A DNA stretch of 47,341 nucleotides from contig JAUVIJ010000001.1 of the NCBI GenBank assembly GCA_030592835.1, positions 1 through 47,341 of the forward strand, written 5' to 3'. This document shows positions 45,921-47,341 of the stretch, one piece after another (the stretch's first letter is position 1; each line of letters opens with the position of its first letter). This DNA is from Candidatus Cloacimonadota bacterium. Its GTDB lineage: Bacteria; Cloacimonadota; Cloacimonadia; Cloacimonadales; TCS61. Made by a program: the position numbers and the translations under genes. The notes below the pieces were generated by a model. That model was not told where the DNA came from. It saw nothing but the letters and a program-made list of their open reading frames with translations, and made no database searches.

Positions 45921-47341
45921 ATGAACAAGACAATATTTATAGCCGAAGATGATATTGAATTACTCATGAGTTATAAGCTGATCTTTCAACAATACAACTC
46001 ACTGGCATCTGATGAAGAACCCTACAATGTTGAACTTTTTGAGGATGGGGATATTTTATACAATGCTTTTCGTAAGGTATATAAAGAAGAGAGACAGGTC
46101 CCTTTATGTATTCTGGATATAAGGATGCCGAATTTAAGCGGATTCGATACAGCGGAAAAAATCAGAAAAATAGATCCCAAAGTCATCGTAATCTTTGTTA
46201 CTGGCTTCAATGATAAATCTCCCCGGGAAATCAGGGAATCTTTACAGCACGACTATTACTATATTAGAAAACCCTTTATGAAGGATGAAATTTTATCAAT
46301 AACAGATTCTCTTATTAAAAACTGGAACAAAACGGAAGAGTTAATCAGATATAATGATGAGATACAGCAAAGAACTACCGAACTCAATAAAAGCCGTGAA
46401 AAATTCAAGCATTTGACCGATAATCTGAAAAAAAATTACTTTTTCTATACTCATGACACTGAAAGAAAATATCTTTATGTCAGTCCTTCTGTAAAAAATG
46501 TTCTGGGTTATGAAATAAAAGAATATAAAACAAAAATTCCCGATTGCTTTACAGATAACCCGATTAACAAAACTGGCTTAAAGTTGACTGATTTGTCAAT
46601 TAAGGGAAAGCAACAACCTACTTTCGAGGTGGAAATATATCATAAAAATGGAGAAATACGTAATCTGGAAATTTCAGAATTCCCTATTTTTAACGCTGAT
46701 GGAAATGTCACTGTGATCGAAGGAATGGCTCATGATGTTACCTTCCAGAAACAGGCAGAAAAGCTGCAGGCTGTTCTTTACAAGATTTCCAATGCAGTAA
46801 ACACGATAGCAGATGTGGAAGAATTATTCCTTTATATCCAGACATCCCTCGGGGAGATTATAGACACCAAAAACTTCTACATTGCTTTATATAATGAAGA
46901 GGAAAATACAATTTCACTGCCATACCTAGTTGATGAAAAAGATAAGTTCAAGTCCATACCGATCAGAAATACTTTCACCAGTTATGTTATCAAAACCGGA
47001 CAATCATTACTGGCAAACAGGGAAACCATGAAAAAACTTATCGCATCCGGGGAAACGGGACGGGTAGGAACTCCTGCTGAAATCTGGTTGGGAGTACCTT
47101 TGAAAACAAGGGGAGAAATTATTGGAGTCGTTGCTGTTCAGAGTTATGATAATCCCGACCTTTATGATGACAAAGACAAAAGCCTCCTTGAATTTGTTTC
47201 AGATCAGGTTGCCCTGGTAATCGAACGAAAAAAAAATGAAATTGAGTTGAAAGAAGCAAAAGAAGCCGCAGAGGATGCGGCTCGTGCAAAAGCTAATTTC
47301 CTGGCTTCTATGAGTCATGAGATTAGAACCCCAATGAATGG
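45921..47341 (+). CDS. Hybrid sensor histidine kinase, N-terminal receiver (REC)-PAS-GAF-HisKA, 3' end outside the window (not in the ORF track)
   Basis: Hand translation from ATG 45921 (AGGGAG at 45909-45914) is open to the window end. REC: [34 protein letters not shown]-like: [14 protein letters not shown]...GMAHDVT. GAF-like: [22 protein letters not shown]. HisKA H-box [14 protein letters not shown] (His codon 47316-47318). Confidence 0.85.
   Translation, partial: MNKTIFIAEDDIELLMSYKLIFQQYNSLASDEEPYNVELFEDGDILYNAFRKVYKEERQVPLCILDIRMPNLSGFDTAEKIRKIDPKVIVIFVTGFNDKSPREIRESLQHDYYYIRKPFMKDEILSITDSLIKNWNKTEELIRYNDEIQQRTTELNKSREKFKHLTDNLKKNYFFYTHDTERKYLYVSPSVKNVLGYEIKEYKTKIPDCFTDNPINKTGLKLTDLSIKGKQQPTFEVEIYHKNGEIRNLEISEFPIFNADGNVTVIEGMAHDVTFQKQAEKLQAVLYKISNAVNTIADVEELFLYIQTSLGEIIDTKNFYIALYNEEENTISLPYLVDEKDKFKSIPIRNTFTSYVIKTGQSLLANRETMKKLIASGETGRVGTPAEIWLGVPLKTRGEIIGVVAVQSYDNPDLYDDKDKSLLEFVSDQVALVIERKKNEIELKEAKEAAEDAARAKANFLASMSHEIRTPMN

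Noticed and set aside
45706-45924. 72-aa plus-strand ORF in the spacer upstream of the sensor kinase, and the 62-aa minus ORF at 46022-46210.
   Set aside because: The first lies in a very AT-rich spacer, has no ribosome-binding site, starts on GTG and overlaps the predicted promoter and the start of the kinase gene. The second is antisense to the clearly coding receiver domain.
1-47341. CRISPR arrays, rRNA, insertion sequences, integrases, prophage or defence-system genes.
   Set aside because: No spaced direct repeats, no transposase, integrase or recombinase-like ORFs and no nuclease/ATPase defence architectures were recognised. The accessory-looking content is limited to secreted T9SS cargo genes.

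Overview
AT-rich, densely coding chromosomal segment of about 47.3 kb. I count about 44 protein genes. Reading by eye, I found no rRNA, tRNA, CRISPR array, transposase or integrase. All calls rest on motifs and remembered family resemblance; no searches were run.

Gene content is mostly housekeeping: rlmH, xseB-ispA, dut, pgsA, tyrS, glnA, nadD, greA, efp and recJ. Cell-envelope genes and at least five large secreted proteins are interspersed. These secreted proteins carry a type IX secretion (T9SS) C-terminal sorting domain (NPF ... IYN.KGQ ... GIY.Y). Two PorV/PorQ/FadL-like outer-membrane barrels and a BamD-like lipoprotein sit among them. This points to an uncultured bacterium of the Fibrobacteres-Chlorobi-Bacteroidetes (FCB) superphylum; Cloacimonadota-like is a guess.

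The most interesting locus is 41293-45608, a tightly packed same-strand operon:
- a 56-aa 2x[4Fe-4S] ferredoxin that is absent from the ORF track
- an archaeal-type geranylgeranyl reductase (GGR)
- a dolichol/phytol-kinase-family membrane protein
- a polyprenyl-phosphate GT2 glycosyltransferase
- a eukaryote-type (UDPGP family) UDP-glucose pyrophosphorylase

Together these suggest an archaeal/eukaryote-style pathway for a saturated isoprenoid lipid-linked sugar in a bacterium.

Other notable points:
- recJ, directly upstream of that operon, carries a single in-frame TAG before DHH motif I.
- A T9SS M6-like metalloprotease has HQxxH in place of HExxH.
- An FtsE-like ATPase has degenerate catalytic motifs.
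- There are tandem BNR-propeller paralogs.
- A 15-bp perfect inverted repeat lies downstream of glnA.
- A REC-PAS-GAF-histidine kinase gene runs off the 3' edge and is missing from the ORF track.
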